Assembly: GCA_963696385.1 (NCBI GenBank)
Contig: CAVOKF010000001.1
Coordinates: 160,001 to 224,000 of the forward strand
Source: an uncultured delta proteobacterium
GTDB taxonomy: Bacteria > Myxococcota_A > Polyangia > Polyangiales > Polyangiaceae
Length of the DNA: 64,000 nt
Direction of reading: 5' to 3'
Shown: piece by piece, positions 42,045-52,133 of the stretch
How positions within the stretch are numbered: the first letter of the stretch is position 1
Layout: every line of letters starts with the position of its first letter
Made by a program: the position numbers and the translations under genes
The notes under the pieces: model-generated
Told to the model about the DNA's origin: nothing
The model's input: only the letters and a program-made list of their open reading frames with translations
Database searches by the model: none

Positions 42045-42866
42045 ATGTCGATGCTGAGAAGTCTCAACGAACTCGAGGGGTACACCGCGAGCGCGACCGA
42101 TGGCGACGTGGGGAGTGTCGTGAACTTTCTGTTCGACGATGAACGATGGGCCGTTCGGTATCTCGTCGTGCAGACAGGCAGTTTCTTTCGTGAGCGCAAA
42201 GTGCTCATCACGCCCATCGCGTTTCGCGACGTCGACTGGGCGAAGCGCCAATTTCATGTGGCATCGACGGTGGACAAAATCAGGAACAGTCCGAGCGTCG
42301 ACGCCGACCGGCCCGTCTCTCGCCAGCACGAGCGAGACTACTGCGGCTATTATGGCTATCCGGTCTACTGGCCGCCCGTCGGGGTATGGGGCATGGCTTC
42401 CTATCCGGGGTATCTCGCGGCAGGCCCTGGCGCCGAACGCGCCGTGTCCTCTTTCGACCGAACATCCGGCGACGTTCACTTGCGGAGCGCGGTGGAGGTT
42501 CATGGCTATTCCATCGAGGCGAGCGACGGCGAACTCGGCTTCGTCGCGGACCTCCTCGTCGACGATGAAACGTGGGCGGTGCGCTACTTCGTGATCGACA
42601 CGGGCCACTGGTGGAAGGGCCATAAGGTCTTGGTGGCGCCGCACTGGGCGAGCCGGGTGCGCTGGGAAGACAGGAAAGTATTCGTGAACCTGTCTCGAAC
42701 GGCGATCAAAAACAGCCCGGCATGGGACCCCGCGGAAGCGACCGCACGCGACTACGAAGCGAGTCTGCACGAGTACTACGGTCGGCGAGGGTACTGGGCC
42801 GCAGCCGACGTGGGCGCGCCGGAAGGAGCGCAGGCCAAGTCCGGCGCCGCAAGCCCGTCTGGTTGA
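42045..42866 (+). CDS. Tandem PRC-barrel domain protein (paralog of 27484-28299)
   Basis: ATDGDVGSVVNFLFDDERWAVRYLVV, VSRQHERDY. Confidence 0.9.
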   Translation: MSMLRSLNELEGYTASATDGDVGSVVNFLFDDERWAVRYLVVQTGSFFRERKVLITPIAFRDVDWAKRQFHVASTVDKIRNSPSVDADRPVSRQHERDYCGYYGYPVYWPPVGVWGMASYPGYLAAGPGAERAVSSFDRTSGDVHLRSAVEVHGYSIEASDGELGFVADLLVDDETWAVRYFVIDTGHWWKGHKVLVAPHWASRVRWEDRKVFVNLSRTAIKNSPAWDPAEATARDYEASLHEYYGRRGYWAAADVGAPEGAQAKSGAASPSG

Positions 42867-42938
42867 CGGGGTGGGGGGCCGGGCCGGCTCGAGCAGGCAC
42901 GCAAGGGGCCCGGAGCCGTTGCGGCTAGGGCGGCCGTC

Positions 42939-43060
42939 GTCGGTTGCGGCGCGGTTACGCCGATCGATGGGGACGGAGCCGGAACATCGCTGAGGGCGAT
43001 GAAATCCGGTACGCCGGGCGCGGTCCCCTGCGGCGCGGTCACGCCGACCCAGGAGGACAG
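42939..43060 (-). pseudogene. Fragment paralogous to pseudokinase tail (48271-48392)
   Basis: LSSWVGVTAPQGTAPGVPDF vs LSSWIGVTAPQATAPSVLDF. Confidence 0.75.
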
Positions 43061-43123
43061 AAAACTGCGACAGCCGTGCCAGCCTACGCAGTGACCACGG
43101 CAGGCCATTTGCACTGCACGACC

Positions 43124-43309
43124 GGAGCAACGGGTTACAACATGGCGTTGGGTCAGTCCCGGGCGGACGGCGTCGAGGGCTATCTCGGCAAAAGGGGGCT
43201 CGCGCAAGCCAAGGTCGAGACCACGTCGCGTGGCGCGATCGACGCGACCGGCACCCATGAAGCGGGGTGGGTGCACGATCGCCGCGTCGACGTGACGTTG
43301 GCCCAGTGA
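43124..43309 (+). pseudogene. OmpA-like C-terminal fragment
   Basis: YNMALGQSRADGV..TSRGAIDATG..HDRRVDV without start or N-terminal half. Confidence 0.8.
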
Positions 43310-43689
43310 AGCGAAAAGTCATCCTCGTCGTGGACGACGACGAGCAAACGCGAGCGGCGCTCGACATCGTTCTCTCTCCTCATTACTGCATGAGGTTCGC
43401 GGTGGATGGGGTCGATGGATATTTGAGGGCCAATGATCTGCCAGGGCCCGATCTGATCATTGCCGATGTAGCGATGCCCAACCTCGATGGCTTGGCGATG
43501 GTCCGGCGCATTCGCGACAATCACGCGCTCGGCAGCCTGCCCGTCCTGTTTCTGACCGGGCAGGTTTCGCGGGCGGTCGTGGCCGAAAGGATCGGGCTGT
43601 CCGGCGGTGCATTCGCCTACCTTTGGAAGCCAACCGACTCCGGGCTACTGCAGAAGAAGGTCCGAAGCTTGCTCTGGACGTAGGTGCGG
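43270..43689 (+). repeat. ~420-bp direct repeat, copy 2
   Basis: Matches 37495-37914. Confidence 0.92.
43306..43683 (+). CDS. Single-domain response regulator (receiver), copy 2
   Basis: Identical to copy 1 except the last residue. Confidence 0.85.
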   Translation: MKRKVILVVDDDEQTRAALDIVLSPHYCMRFAVDGVDGYLRANDLPGPDLIIADVAMPNLDGLAMVRRIRDNHALGSLPVLFLTGQVSRAVVAERIGLSGGAFAYLWKPTDSGLLQKKVRSLLWT

Positions 43690-43935
43690 AAGTCATCGGA
43701 AGCCTCTCGCCGCACGAGGCGAAGCAGGGTGCAGAACTAGTGAGCGGCGCCGAGAAAAGCACTGGCGGACGAGGCCGCGGTCACGTTCGACGTCAGCGAA
43801 ACGCGTGCGACGATTCCAGAGCGTGTCTGGGATCACGTCATCGCCCAAGCCAACGCGGCGGGGTGGCTCGCGGAGGCAAAAGGCGCGACCGTGACGAACC
43901 GTCGCCCGCCAAATGGCAGCCGCGCCTCCCACTGA
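43689..43935 (+). pseudogene. Frameshifted, start-less copy of 30384-30644 gene
   Basis: EVIGSLSPHEAKQ... near-identical DNA with one extra base near 43755-43760. Confidence 0.85.
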
Positions 43936-44084
43936 CCGGCGGACGCAACCACGAGATGCAGATCGAGTACTTCGAGACCGAGGCGCAGAAGCGCACGATG
44001 AGCATCACCGGTGGTGCTCGACCTGGTCCGCGTGGGTGCCATTGCTCACACGCCACCCCACTCCCGCCGCACTCGAGCGTTCCG

Positions 44085-44099
44085 TGGCTCCGAAATTGC
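44085..44099 (+). promoter_or_regulatory. Putative sigma54 promoter for csbD(-gnd-zwf)
   Basis: TGGCTCCGAAATTGC. Confidence 0.55.
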
Positions 44100-44181
44100 A
44101 CGCTCTTGTCGCGGCGTCGAGCGAATCGCGCGTCGAGCGACCTCTCAAAACGCAACCATCCAAAGAGCGAGAAAAACGTCC

Positions 44182-44358
44182 ATGGGCGAAATCATCGACA
44201 GGGCCAAAGGCAGGATCAAACAAGCCGCCGGCGTGTTAACCGGCGACAAGAAGTTGGAGAGCGAGGGTCAAGCAGACGAAGCCAAAGGCAAACTGAAGGG
44301 TGCGGTGGAAGACTTCAAACACGCGGTGAAAGACGCCGTGAAGCCTAAGAGTCGGTAA
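44182..44358 (+). CDS. CsbD family stress protein
   Basis: [31 protein letters not shown]. Confidence 0.92.
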   Translation: MGEIIDRAKGRIKQAAGVLTGDKKLESEGQADEAKGKLKGAVEDFKHAVKDAVKPKSR

Positions 44359-44368
44359 GCAAGCACCG

Positions 44369-44393
44369 GGGGCGCCGTCCAAGGCGGCGCTCC
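44369..44393 (+). terminator. GC-rich stem-loop after csbD (no U-tract)
   Basis: GGGGCGCCGTC-CAA-GGCGGCGCTCC. Confidence 0.4.
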
Positions 44394-44519
44394 TGCGTGG
44401 GAGCGGGCTTCGAGGAAAACTCCGCTCCATACACGGAGGGTGCCGGCGCGGCATCCAAGGCACCCCAGTTCGGCGAGCGGCCGAGTCCGGCGAAGGCGCA
44501 GGAAGCGAAAGAGGACGAG

Positions 44520-45524
44520 ATGAAAATCGGAATGGTCGGGCTCGGACGGATGGGGTCCAACATGGCTCGTCGCCTCCTTGGGGCCGGCCATGAATGTGTG
44601 GTATTCGACGTTCACCCGCAGGCGGCTCAAGATCTTGTCAAGGCGGGCGCGACGGCAACCCGCTCGCTTGCCGAGTTGGTTGGCAAGCTGGACAAGCCGC
44701 GTGCGATCTGGATCATGGTGCCGGCCGCCGTCGTCGAGTCGACCCTCGGCGATCTCGTGCCGCTGCTTGCGGCCGACGATGCCGTGATCGACGGGGGCAA
44801 CTCGTACTATCACGACGACATCCGCCGCGCCGAGACGCTCGGCAAGAGCGGTATCCACTACGTCGACGCCGGCACGTCGGGTGGCGTCTGGGGCTTCGAG
44901 CGCGGTTACTGCCTCATGATTGGCGGCGATCCCGCCATTGTAAAAAGGCTCGACGGGGTCTTCGCCGCGCTGGCGCCCGGACTCGAGGGCGGGACCCCGT
45001 CGCGTTCCGATGGCAACGGCACCGCGCAGCGGGGTTACATCCATTGCGGACCGTCGGGCGCCGGGCACTTCGTCAAGATGGTTCACAACGGGATCGAGTA
45101 CGGCGTCATGGCCGCGTACGCCGAGGGACTCAACATTCTTCGTCACGCCAACGCTGGAACTGCGAAGCGTGCAGCCGACGCCGAGACCGCACCGCTCCGG
45201 CACCCCGAGCTCTACCGGTACGACTTGAACCTCCCCGACATCGCCGAAGCATGGCGGCATGGCAGCGTCATCGGTTCATGGCTTCTCGACCTGACCGCCG
45301 CCGCTCTGAAGAAAAGCCCTGACCTCGTCGGATTCGCGGGTCGCGTGTCCGACTCGGGCGAGGGGCGCTGGACCCTCAAGGCGGCCATCGACGAGGGAGT
45401 GCCCGCCCCTGTCCTGAGCACTGCGCTCGCTCAGCGGTTCGCCTCGCGCGGCGAAGAGGACTTCGCCAACAAGCTGCTCTCGGCGATGCGATACCAGTTC
45501 GGTGGGCACGAGGAAAAACACTGA
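44520..45524 (+). CDS. gnd: 6-phosphogluconate dehydrogenase (short-chain decarboxylating type)
   Basis: [41 protein letters not shown]. Confidence 0.95.
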   Translation: MKIGMVGLGRMGSNMARRLLGAGHECVVFDVHPQAAQDLVKAGATATRSLAELVGKLDKPRAIWIMVPAAVVESTLGDLVPLLAADDAVIDGGNSYYHDDIRRAETLGKSGIHYVDAGTSGGVWGFERGYCLMIGGDPAIVKRLDGVFAALAPGLEGGTPSRSDGNGTAQRGYIHCGPSGAGHFVKMVHNGIEYGVMAAYAEGLNILRHANAGTAKRAADAETAPLRHPELYRYDLNLPDIAEAWRHGSVIGSWLLDLTAAALKKSPDLVGFAGRVSDSGEGRWTLKAAIDEGVPAPVLSTALAQRFASRGEEDFANKLLSAMRYQFGGHEEKH

Positions 45525-46927
45525 TGGCCCCCATCTACTCCGATGCGCTGGTCTTCTTCGGCGCGACCGGCGACCTCGCCTATAAGATGGTCTTCCCGGC
45601 GCTGCAGGCGATGGTCAAGCGCGGCCATCTGAACGTGCCGGTCATCGGAGTGGCCAAAGCCGGCTGGAATCTCGATCAGCTGAGAGAGCGCGCGCGGAGC
45701 AGCCTGGAGACGCACGGCGGCGGCGTCGACCGGGCGGCCTTTGACAAGCTCTTGTCGCTGCTCCACTACGTGGACGGCGACTACCAAGATCCGGCCACGT
45801 TCGAGCGCCTGCGTCGCGAGCTCGGCTCGTGCGAGAGGCCGCTGCACTATCTCGCCATTCCCACGAGCTTGTTCTCGACCGTCGTCGGGCAGCTCAGCCG
45901 ATCCGGCTGCGCCAGGGCCGGACGAGTCATGGCTGAGAAGCCATTCGGCCGCGATCTCGCGTCGGCGCAAGCGCTCAACGCCTCGCTTTTGGCCGTATTC
46001 ACCGAGTCCGCCATATTCCGCATCGACCACTACCTGGGCAAGGAGCCGGTGCAGAACCTGCTCTACTTTCGCTTCAGCAACGCTCTATTCGAGCCGGTTT
46101 GGAACCGCAACTACGTCGACAGCGTTCAGATCACCATGGCCGAGACCTTTGGGGTCGAGGGGCGGGGGAGCTTTTACGAACAAGTCGGCGCGGTCCGCGA
46201 CGTCATCGAGAACCACTTGCTGCAAGTGACGGCGTGCTTGGCCATGGATGCACCCTCGAGTGGCTATGCCGAAGCGCTGCGCGACGAAAAGACGCGCGTG
46301 CTCGAGGCCATCACGCCGCTGGATCCGAAGAACGTCGTCCGCGGACAGTTTCGCGGCTACCGGAGCGAGTCCGGGGTTGCGGCTCAGTCGCGGGTCGAAA
46401 CCTTCGCCGCGCTGCGGCTTCAGGTCAACAACTGGCGCTGGGCAGGAGTGCCCTTCTACATCCGCGCGGGAAAGTGCCTTCCGGTCACCTGCACCGAGGT
46501 GCTCGTCGAGCTCAAGGCGCCGCCGTGCTCGCCCTTCGGCGAGAACCTCGAGCGAGCGAACGGCTCGAACTACGTGCGCTTCCGCCTCGGACCCGACGCC
46601 GCGATCGCCCTCGGCGTGCGCTCCAAGGCGCCTGGGGAACCCATGGTCGGTCAGGAGGTCGAGCTTTTGGCTACGCACGGCATCAAAGACGAGATGGGGG
46701 CATACGAACGCCTCCTCGGCGACGCGATGAAGGGCGATGCGACCCTTTTCGCGCGCGAGGACGCCGTCGAGGCCGAGTGGCGCATTGTCGCGCCGATCTT
46801 GAACAGCGCGACTCCGCCCCATGAGTACGATGTCGGAACCTGGGGACCGGTCGAAGCCGATCGCTTGATCCATGACTCCGGCGGCTGGCACAAGCCCCAG
46901 CCCACACCGCCGAAAGGTGCGCCCTGA
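45524..46927 (+). CDS. zwf: Glucose-6-phosphate 1-dehydrogenase
   Basis: [35 protein letters not shown]. Confidence 0.96.
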   Translation: MAPIYSDALVFFGATGDLAYKMVFPALQAMVKRGHLNVPVIGVAKAGWNLDQLRERARSSLETHGGGVDRAAFDKLLSLLHYVDGDYQDPATFERLRRELGSCERPLHYLAIPTSLFSTVVGQLSRSGCARAGRVMAEKPFGRDLASAQALNASLLAVFTESAIFRIDHYLGKEPVQNLLYFRFSNALFEPVWNRNYVDSVQITMAETFGVEGRGSFYEQVGAVRDVIENHLLQVTACLAMDAPSSGYAEALRDEKTRVLEAITPLDPKNVVRGQFRGYRSESGVAAQSRVETFAALRLQVNNWRWAGVPFYIRAGKCLPVTCTEVLVELKAPPCSPFGENLERANGSNYVRFRLGPDAAIALGVRSKAPGEPMVGQEVELLATHGIKDEMGAYERLLGDAMKGDATLFAREDAVEAEWRIVAPILNSATPPHEYDVGTWGPVEADRLIHDSGGWHKPQPTPPKGAP

Positions 46928-47138
46928 AGCCGTCCGTCGGATGCGAGAGCCAAAGGCCATGTGGACGTCCTCTCGTGACGCGTGAAAAAAGCTCGCGGCC
47001 GTGCGCGCTGCCGCAAGGGTCCTGAGGGGTTGACGTGCTGGCCGAAAGAGCGGCGACGAAGGAAAGACGAGGTCGCTGGCGACCGCCGCGAATGTCGCCG
47101 CTCGGCTTGCGGGCGCGGGGGAGGGCCCGGTCTCATTC

Positions 47139-47843
47139 CTATAGGGCGGATACAGGGGCGACATCGCGGTCCCCGAACCGGCGTCGAGAGAGAGAAAAGG
47201 CAAATGCGGCACGGTCCGATTCACGGTCCCACCCGAGTTCTTCATCGTCGCGTTCCCGCGTCGGGTCGGGGTCGCCGAGCCCGTAGCACTCGATCCTCTC
47301 GGCACCACGGTCCTCTTTCGCCCCCGCGAGCCCGGTGGGCTGGCGCTGCGCCGTCTCCGGCAGCGGTTGCAGCTCGCGCATGGGCCGCGAGCTCGAGCGC
47401 GTCGTACCGAGAGGCGTTCCGAGAAGGGTCTCGACGCAGTGTGCGAAGTGCCGCATGGAAAATGGCTTTCGGAGAAATGCGTTTCCGCCGACTTCCTCGC
47501 CATACGCCAGCTCTTCCGCATGACCATGCTCACCGACGAGGATAATCGGTAGACGCATGAGCTTGAGCGAACATCGAATATGCTCGCAGAGCTCGTAACC
47601 GGAACGGCTCGGAAGCCGGACGTCGATGCACACGACGTGGGGCTCGGTCGTTGCCAGGTGCGAGACGGCAGCATCGAAGTGCTTCGCATGCAACACGCGG
47701 AATTTCATGCGCCCGAGTCGCTTGCTCATCGCTTTCGCCAGCGAGGGGTCGTCCTGGACGATGAGCGCAGCCCGCACGCTCGGCACGCGCGCGAGGGAAT
47801 CCCCCGCTGGGTACAGCGACTGAAACGAGCTTTGCGTGAACAT
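47139..47843 (-). CDS. Response regulator receiver protein with C-terminal extension
   Basis: LIVQDD, VVCIDVRLP..SGYELC, FLRKPF. Confidence 0.75.
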   Translation of the reverse strand: MFTQSSFQSLYPAGDSLARVPSVRAALIVQDDPSLAKAMSKRLGRMKFRVLHAKHFDAAVSHLATTEPHVVCIDVRLPSRSGYELCEHIRCSLKLMRLPIILVGEHGHAEELAYGEEVGGNAFLRKPFSMRHFAHCVETLLGTPLGTTRSSSRPMRELQPLPETAQRQPTGLAGAKEDRGAERIECYGLGDPDPTRERDDEELGWDRESDRAAFAFSLSRRRFGDRDVAPVSAL

Positions 47844-47857
47844 GGATGAGCATCAAC

Positions 47858-47872
47858 GCAAGTGACGTGCCG
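47858..47872 (-). promoter_or_regulatory. Putative sigma54 promoter
   Basis: CGGCACGTCACTTGC on the minus strand, near-consensus. Confidence 0.7.
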
Positions 47873-47891
47873 CCATGCTTAGGATGCTGCG

Positions 47892-49529
47892 CTACGGCTC
47901 GTCGTAAGGATTCGGGGTCTCGACGGCCGTTGCACGCGCTCCAGAGCCCGACGTCGCAGCGGCGGCGTTGGCGTGGTCCGCCGAGGGCGTGGACGCGCTT
48001 GCCGAAGCCGCGGCGACGGAGGAAACGAGGCCTCGGGCGACCGGAAGGAATGTCCCCGCTGCGGGCGCGGGGGAGCGCGACATGGCCGGCGCGAACGTCT
48101 TCGCCGTGGGCGCGGGCGAAGGCTGCGACGAGGCCTGCGAGGGCGCCTCGCCGGAGAGGATCTCCGGAGCGGTGGAGTAGAAGGAGGCGGCGACCGATGC
48201 GGTGGCGACCGTGGCGGCGTTCGCGGCGGTCTCGTTTGCCATGACGCCCATCCGGGCGATCGCGGGCGAAGTCGGTTGTGGTGCGGTTGCGCCGATCGAT
48301 GCGGACGGAGCCGGCCTATCGCTAGGGGCCATGAAATCGAGGACGCTGGGCGCGGTCGCTTGGGGCGCGGTCACGCCGATCCATGACGACAGCGCAGGCG
48401 ATCGATGCACGTCGGCGTAGAGGGCCGTGAAGACGCCCACGAACAGCGCCGACAGCAGCAACAGCGAACCGACCACGATGCGGGCGGAAGCCGGTTTTTG
48501 GAACGTGGACACACTGTTATCGCTCGGGTCCGCTTCGCTTGGATCCTGTTCGGCGGCTACGGGTGGCAAGGGCGAGGCCGCGCTCAACCGGTGGGCAATG
48601 CGCGCGTGCGCGATGCGATCGCAGGATGCGCGTCCCAGATGGGTACCGTACGGCGCGAGCGCCGCTGCGAAGGCCGCCACGTTGCCAAAGCGGTCATCGG
48701 GGTCCTTTTGCAGACAGCGTTCGATCGCCGCCTCGACCGGCGGCGCAATGTTTGGCCGCAGTGCGGACAGGGGGGTGGGCGGCCGAGTGAGCACCGCGAG
48801 GCTCAGCTCGGAAAGGGTCTCCGCACGAAACGGCGATTCGCCTGCGATGAGCTCGTAGACAATGGCGCCGAGCGCCCAGATGTCGGTTCGGGCCTCTGCC
48901 TGATACGGCGGTCGGAGCTGCTCCGGCGCCATGTACTGCAGCGACTCCATGATGTGGATGGGTTTCGCCAAAGCATCCTCGGCGAGGTGTCGGAGCGGAC
49001 CCCCGATCGGGAATAGGCCGAAGTCGGTGAGTTTGATGCACACCGTGCCGTTGGAACGCTGGGTTAGAAAGAGATGGGCCAATTTCAGGTGGCCGTGAAT
49101 GATGCCCAGAGCGTGAGCTTCGGCGACCGCCTCTGCGGCTTGCAGCACCCAGTCGATCGCTGTCGGAGCCGCCAGAGGACCCCAGGCGTGGACCAGCTGG
49201 TCGAAGTTGCGACCGTCGGGGTATTCGGCGACGAGATACGGCCTGCCATTCGGGAGTCTGCCCGAGTCGAGAACCCGCACGGTGTGCTCGTTGCCGAGGC
49301 TCATGGAAGTCTGCGCCGCGCGAAGAAATTGGTCGATCATGTCGGAGTCGCCTGCCCAATCGGGCGACAGCATTTGGATGGCCACGCGACGATCGAGTTG
49401 GGCGTCTTCGGCGGCGAGCATCACCGTCACGTCGTCGCCCCCGCACTCGGCTTCGATCACGTATCGCGACGCAATCGTTGCGCCCTGCGGCGGTATTCTC
49501 CAGCTGAGATCCGGTGCGAGTTGGTTCAT
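47892..49529 (-). CDS. Membrane Ser/Thr protein kinase-like protein (probable pseudokinase)
   Basis: Kinase fold with DFG, YMAPE, DIWALG, but VAIQ and HGHLKLAH; TM and Ala/Pro/Ser tail ending NPY. Confidence 0.85.
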   Translation of the reverse strand: MNQLAPDLSWRIPPQGATIASRYVIEAECGGDDVTVMLAAEDAQLDRRVAIQMLSPDWAGDSDMIDQFLRAAQTSMSLGNEHTVRVLDSGRLPNGRPYLVAEYPDGRNFDQLVHAWGPLAAPTAIDWVLQAAEAVAEAHALGIIHGHLKLAHLFLTQRSNGTVCIKLTDFGLFPIGGPLRHLAEDALAKPIHIMESLQYMAPEQLRPPYQAEARTDIWALGAIVYELIAGESPFRAETLSELSLAVLTRPPTPLSALRPNIAPPVEAAIERCLQKDPDDRFGNVAAFAAALAPYGTHLGRASCDRIAHARIAHRLSAASPLPPVAAEQDPSEADPSDNSVSTFQKPASARIVVGSLLLLSALFVGVFTALYADVHRSPALSSWIGVTAPQATAPSVLDFMAPSDRPAPSASIGATAPQPTSPAIARMGVMANETAANAATVATASVAASFYSTAPEILSGEAPSQASSQPSPAPTAKTFAPAMSRSPAPAAGTFLPVARGLVSSVAAASASASTPSADHANAAAATSGSGARATAVETPNPYDEP

Positions 49530-49685
49530 GGTGGAGTCTCCACACCTGCGAAAGCCGGGCCACATCGCCTTCGGCAATCGCGAGGTGAGCGATCGAGACC
49601 GGTCGCGACAGTTGGATCGCCCTTACGGGAGCGGCGGTTGGGTCTTACTCTCTCGGCGGTGCGCTCGCCGGTGCGACAAAAATGG

Positions 49686-50252
49686 ATGCGCCGATACCGA
49701 TTCGTCCTCGCGGCGGGATCATCGGTCGTGTGTCTGCGGTGCGCGTCGGGTGAGCGACCGCCGCCATCGAGCCGTGTGGACCCGGCGGCCACCGGGACGG
49801 CTCCGGGGTCGGATTTCGACGACTCGGCGATCGCGACCATCGCCGCGACGATTTCCGACGGGCAAGAGGTCCGCGTGCGCCTCGCGATGCGGCGCGCGGT
49901 CGATGCCCGCGTCCGCGGCTTTGCTGCGAGCCTCGAAGCCGACTTGCCTGCCGCGAAGATCGCCATGATGCAACTCGGGCCCCATCCCAGCGTGGTCGAC
50001 GACGAGCTCACCCAATCCACCGTCAGCGCGCTCCGGGACCTCGATCTCCGCCGAGGAAGCGACTTCGATCGCGCGTTCCTCGCATCGGAGCAGAACTCGC
50101 TCGTGGCCGCGCTTCGTGTCCTGGAACAAACGCTTATTCCAAAGGCCGCCAACGAGGATCTCGCGCGGCGCTTGTCGCGTATGCGCGCCGTTCTGGCCGA
50201 CGAACTTTCGCGGGCCAACACGCTTGAAGGTGCTCTGTCCGCGACGCCGTAG
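49686..50252 (+). CDS. DUF4142-like (ferritin-fold) exported protein
   Basis: EV..RLA..RA.DARVRGFA, GSDFDRAFL, LIPKAANEDL. Confidence 0.65.
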   Translation: MRRYRFVLAAGSSVVCLRCASGERPPPSSRVDPAATGTAPGSDFDDSAIATIAATISDGQEVRVRLAMRRAVDARVRGFAASLEADLPAAKIAMMQLGPHPSVVDDELTQSTVSALRDLDLRRGSDFDRAFLASEQNSLVAALRVLEQTLIPKAANEDLARRLSRMRAVLADELSRANTLEGALSATP

Positions 50253-50383
50253 CGCGGATCTTCGGGTCTGGCGGCCGCAGACCTTTGTGAATCGGCTCCG
50301 GTGTCTTTGGAGGCTCGTGAGTCGCCCGGCGTCCACGTCATTGCAGAGCCCCCGTGCACGGCGCACGTGCCCGTTGGCACTCG

Positions 50384-50398
50384 TGGCACGCCGTGTGC
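50384..50398 (+). promoter_or_regulatory. Putative sigma54 promoter
   Basis: TGGCACGCCGTGTGC. Confidence 0.6.
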
Positions 50399-50422
50399 GT
50401 GCATCACGACATGGAGATTGCC

Positions 50423-50884
50423 ATGAAACTCAAAGCGCCCCTCGTTGTCGGCCTTTTGCTCGGCTCCTCGTTGCTCTGCGCGATCGGTTTTGCGGGAGAG
50501 CATTCGCGGCCGGCGCCCGCACGGCAGGCGCCACCCGCGTTTCGGCCCCATGCGCCGGGGGTCCATCCGCGTGGCGCGACCGTGCGTCAGCATGAGGTCC
50601 GCGTGCTTGCCCCTCGGTCCGTGGTTCACGGCCACAGCGGGTGGTCGCACTGGGATCATCCCGAGTTCCCGCGCCCGGCCTACTATTGGGACTGGGCGGG
50701 CATTCATACCGTGACCTGCATCGCCGAGGATTCCTACGGCGATCAGTATCCGGTCAGCGAGGCCGCAGCACCGGGGTTTGCTCTCGGCAACATGACCGGC
50801 GTCGAAGACGATGCGCTCGACCGCTGCTACGCCGAGTCGGGGCAGGACACGACCTGCGTCCTTCTGACCTGCACACACATTTAG
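50423..50884 (+). CDS. Secreted hypothetical protein with four Cys in the C-terminal domain
   Basis: GGAG RBS, signal peptide, His/Trp-rich middle. Confidence 0.65.
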   Translation: MKLKAPLVVGLLLGSSLLCAIGFAGEHSRPAPARQAPPAFRPHAPGVHPRGATVRQHEVRVLAPRSVVHGHSGWSHWDHPEFPRPAYYWDWAGIHTVTCIAEDSYGDQYPVSEAAAPGFALGNMTGVEDDALDRCYAESGQDTTCVLLTCTHI

Positions 50885-50963
50885 ATCACCGAACCCGTTG
50901 GCTTTCGCGCGGGGCGGGGGCGGTCCCGGCGGGCCTCGGCCCGACGGGGCGGCCGCCTGTACG

Positions 50964-52133
50964 CTACGCCAGTCGCTTTCGGAAGCGCATCACGGAGACC
51001 GCGAGAATTCCGATCCCGAGAATCGTCAGCGCGATCAACTGCGGCGCGAGGTCGCGGAGGCTCGCCCCTTTCAAGAGACACGATCGCATGATCTCGATGT
51101 AATGGCGCATGGGGATGAGCAGCGTGAAGGGTTGTAGCCACGCGGGCATACTCGAGATGGGGGACATGAAGCCCGAGAGAAGCATCGCGGGCAGCATGAA
51201 GGCGAAAGCGCCGAGCATCGCCTGCTGCTGAGAGGAGCTGAGAGTCGCGATGAGAATCCCGATCCCCAGCGTCGAGAAGAGGTAGAGAAACGAGCCGAGA
51301 GCGACGACTCCGAGCGAACCGCGAAAGGGCACGTCGAAGATCAGGTTACCGAGAAGCAAGATCGCCAGCACGTCGATGAGACCGAACAGAATGTAGGGCA
51401 GACATTTGCCGGACAACAGCACTGCGGGGCGGATGGGCGTGACGAGGATCTGTTCGAGGGTTCCGGTCTCGCGCTCGCGCGCCAGGCCCATGGCCGTCAC
51501 GATGGCCGTGACATTCAGAAGCAGCGTCGCGAGAACGCCCGGCAGCATGTACACGGCACTCTTGAGGCGCTGGTTGTACATCACTCGGGGAACGAGCGAC
51601 GCGGTGGCGGCCCCGGAAAAGCCCGGAAGCGCAAAGGGGCCCTTGGCGACCGGCACGGGCTCTCCGCCCGTCGGCTCCCCACCGATCCCGTGCAAGAGCA
51701 AAAATTGGCTCGCCGCATTCGACGCGACCTGCGCAAGCGTGACGTCGGTTCCGTCGACGATGACCTGAACCTCGGGAGCGTCCGCGCGTGCGACACGCAA
51801 CTCGAAGCCGCGCGGAACGACGAGGGCCGCAGAGGCCTGTCCCGTTTCGAGCGCACGTTGCGCTTGGTTGGGATCCAGAACGTCCCGTCGACGAAGAAAT
51901 GTCCGATCGGCGAAGAATGCCTGCGTGAGATCTCGGCTCGCAGGCGTCCGATCCTGATCGCAGACCACGGTGGGAATCCGATCGACGTCGAGGTCGATGG
52001 CGTAACCGAAGACGACGAGCTGCAAGACCGGCGACACGATCAGCGTCGCGAGCATGCGCCGGTCGCGCAGCGTCTGACTGAACTCCTTCTTCATCACGTT
52101 GAAAAGCGATTGCAGGATGAGGACCACGTTCAT
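50964..52133 (-). CDS. ABC-2 transporter permease (YbhR-like)
   Basis: KEFSQTLRDRR, ARERETGTLEQILVTP. Confidence 0.92.
   Translation of the reverse strand: MNVVLILQSLFNVMKKEFSQTLRDRRMLATLIVSPVLQLVVFGYAIDLDVDRIPTVVCDQDRTPASRDLTQAFFADRTFLRRRDVLDPNQAQRALETGQASAALVVPRGFELRVARADAPEVQVIVDGTDVTLAQVASNAASQFLLLHGIGGEPTGGEPVPVAKGPFALPGFSGAATASLVPRVMYNQRLKSAVYMLPGVLATLLLNVTAIVTAMGLARERETGTLEQILVTPIRPAVLLSGKCLPYILFGLIDVLAILLLGNLIFDVPFRGSLGVVALGSFLYLFSTLGIGILIATLSSSQQQAMLGAFAFMLPAMLLSGFMSPISSMPAWLQPFTLLIPMRHYIEIMRSCLLKGASLRDLAPQLIALTILGIGILAVSVMRFRKRLA

Noticed and set aside
47892..49529. Kinase pseudogene
   Set aside because: Frame intact with TM and tail; better treated as a pseudokinase.
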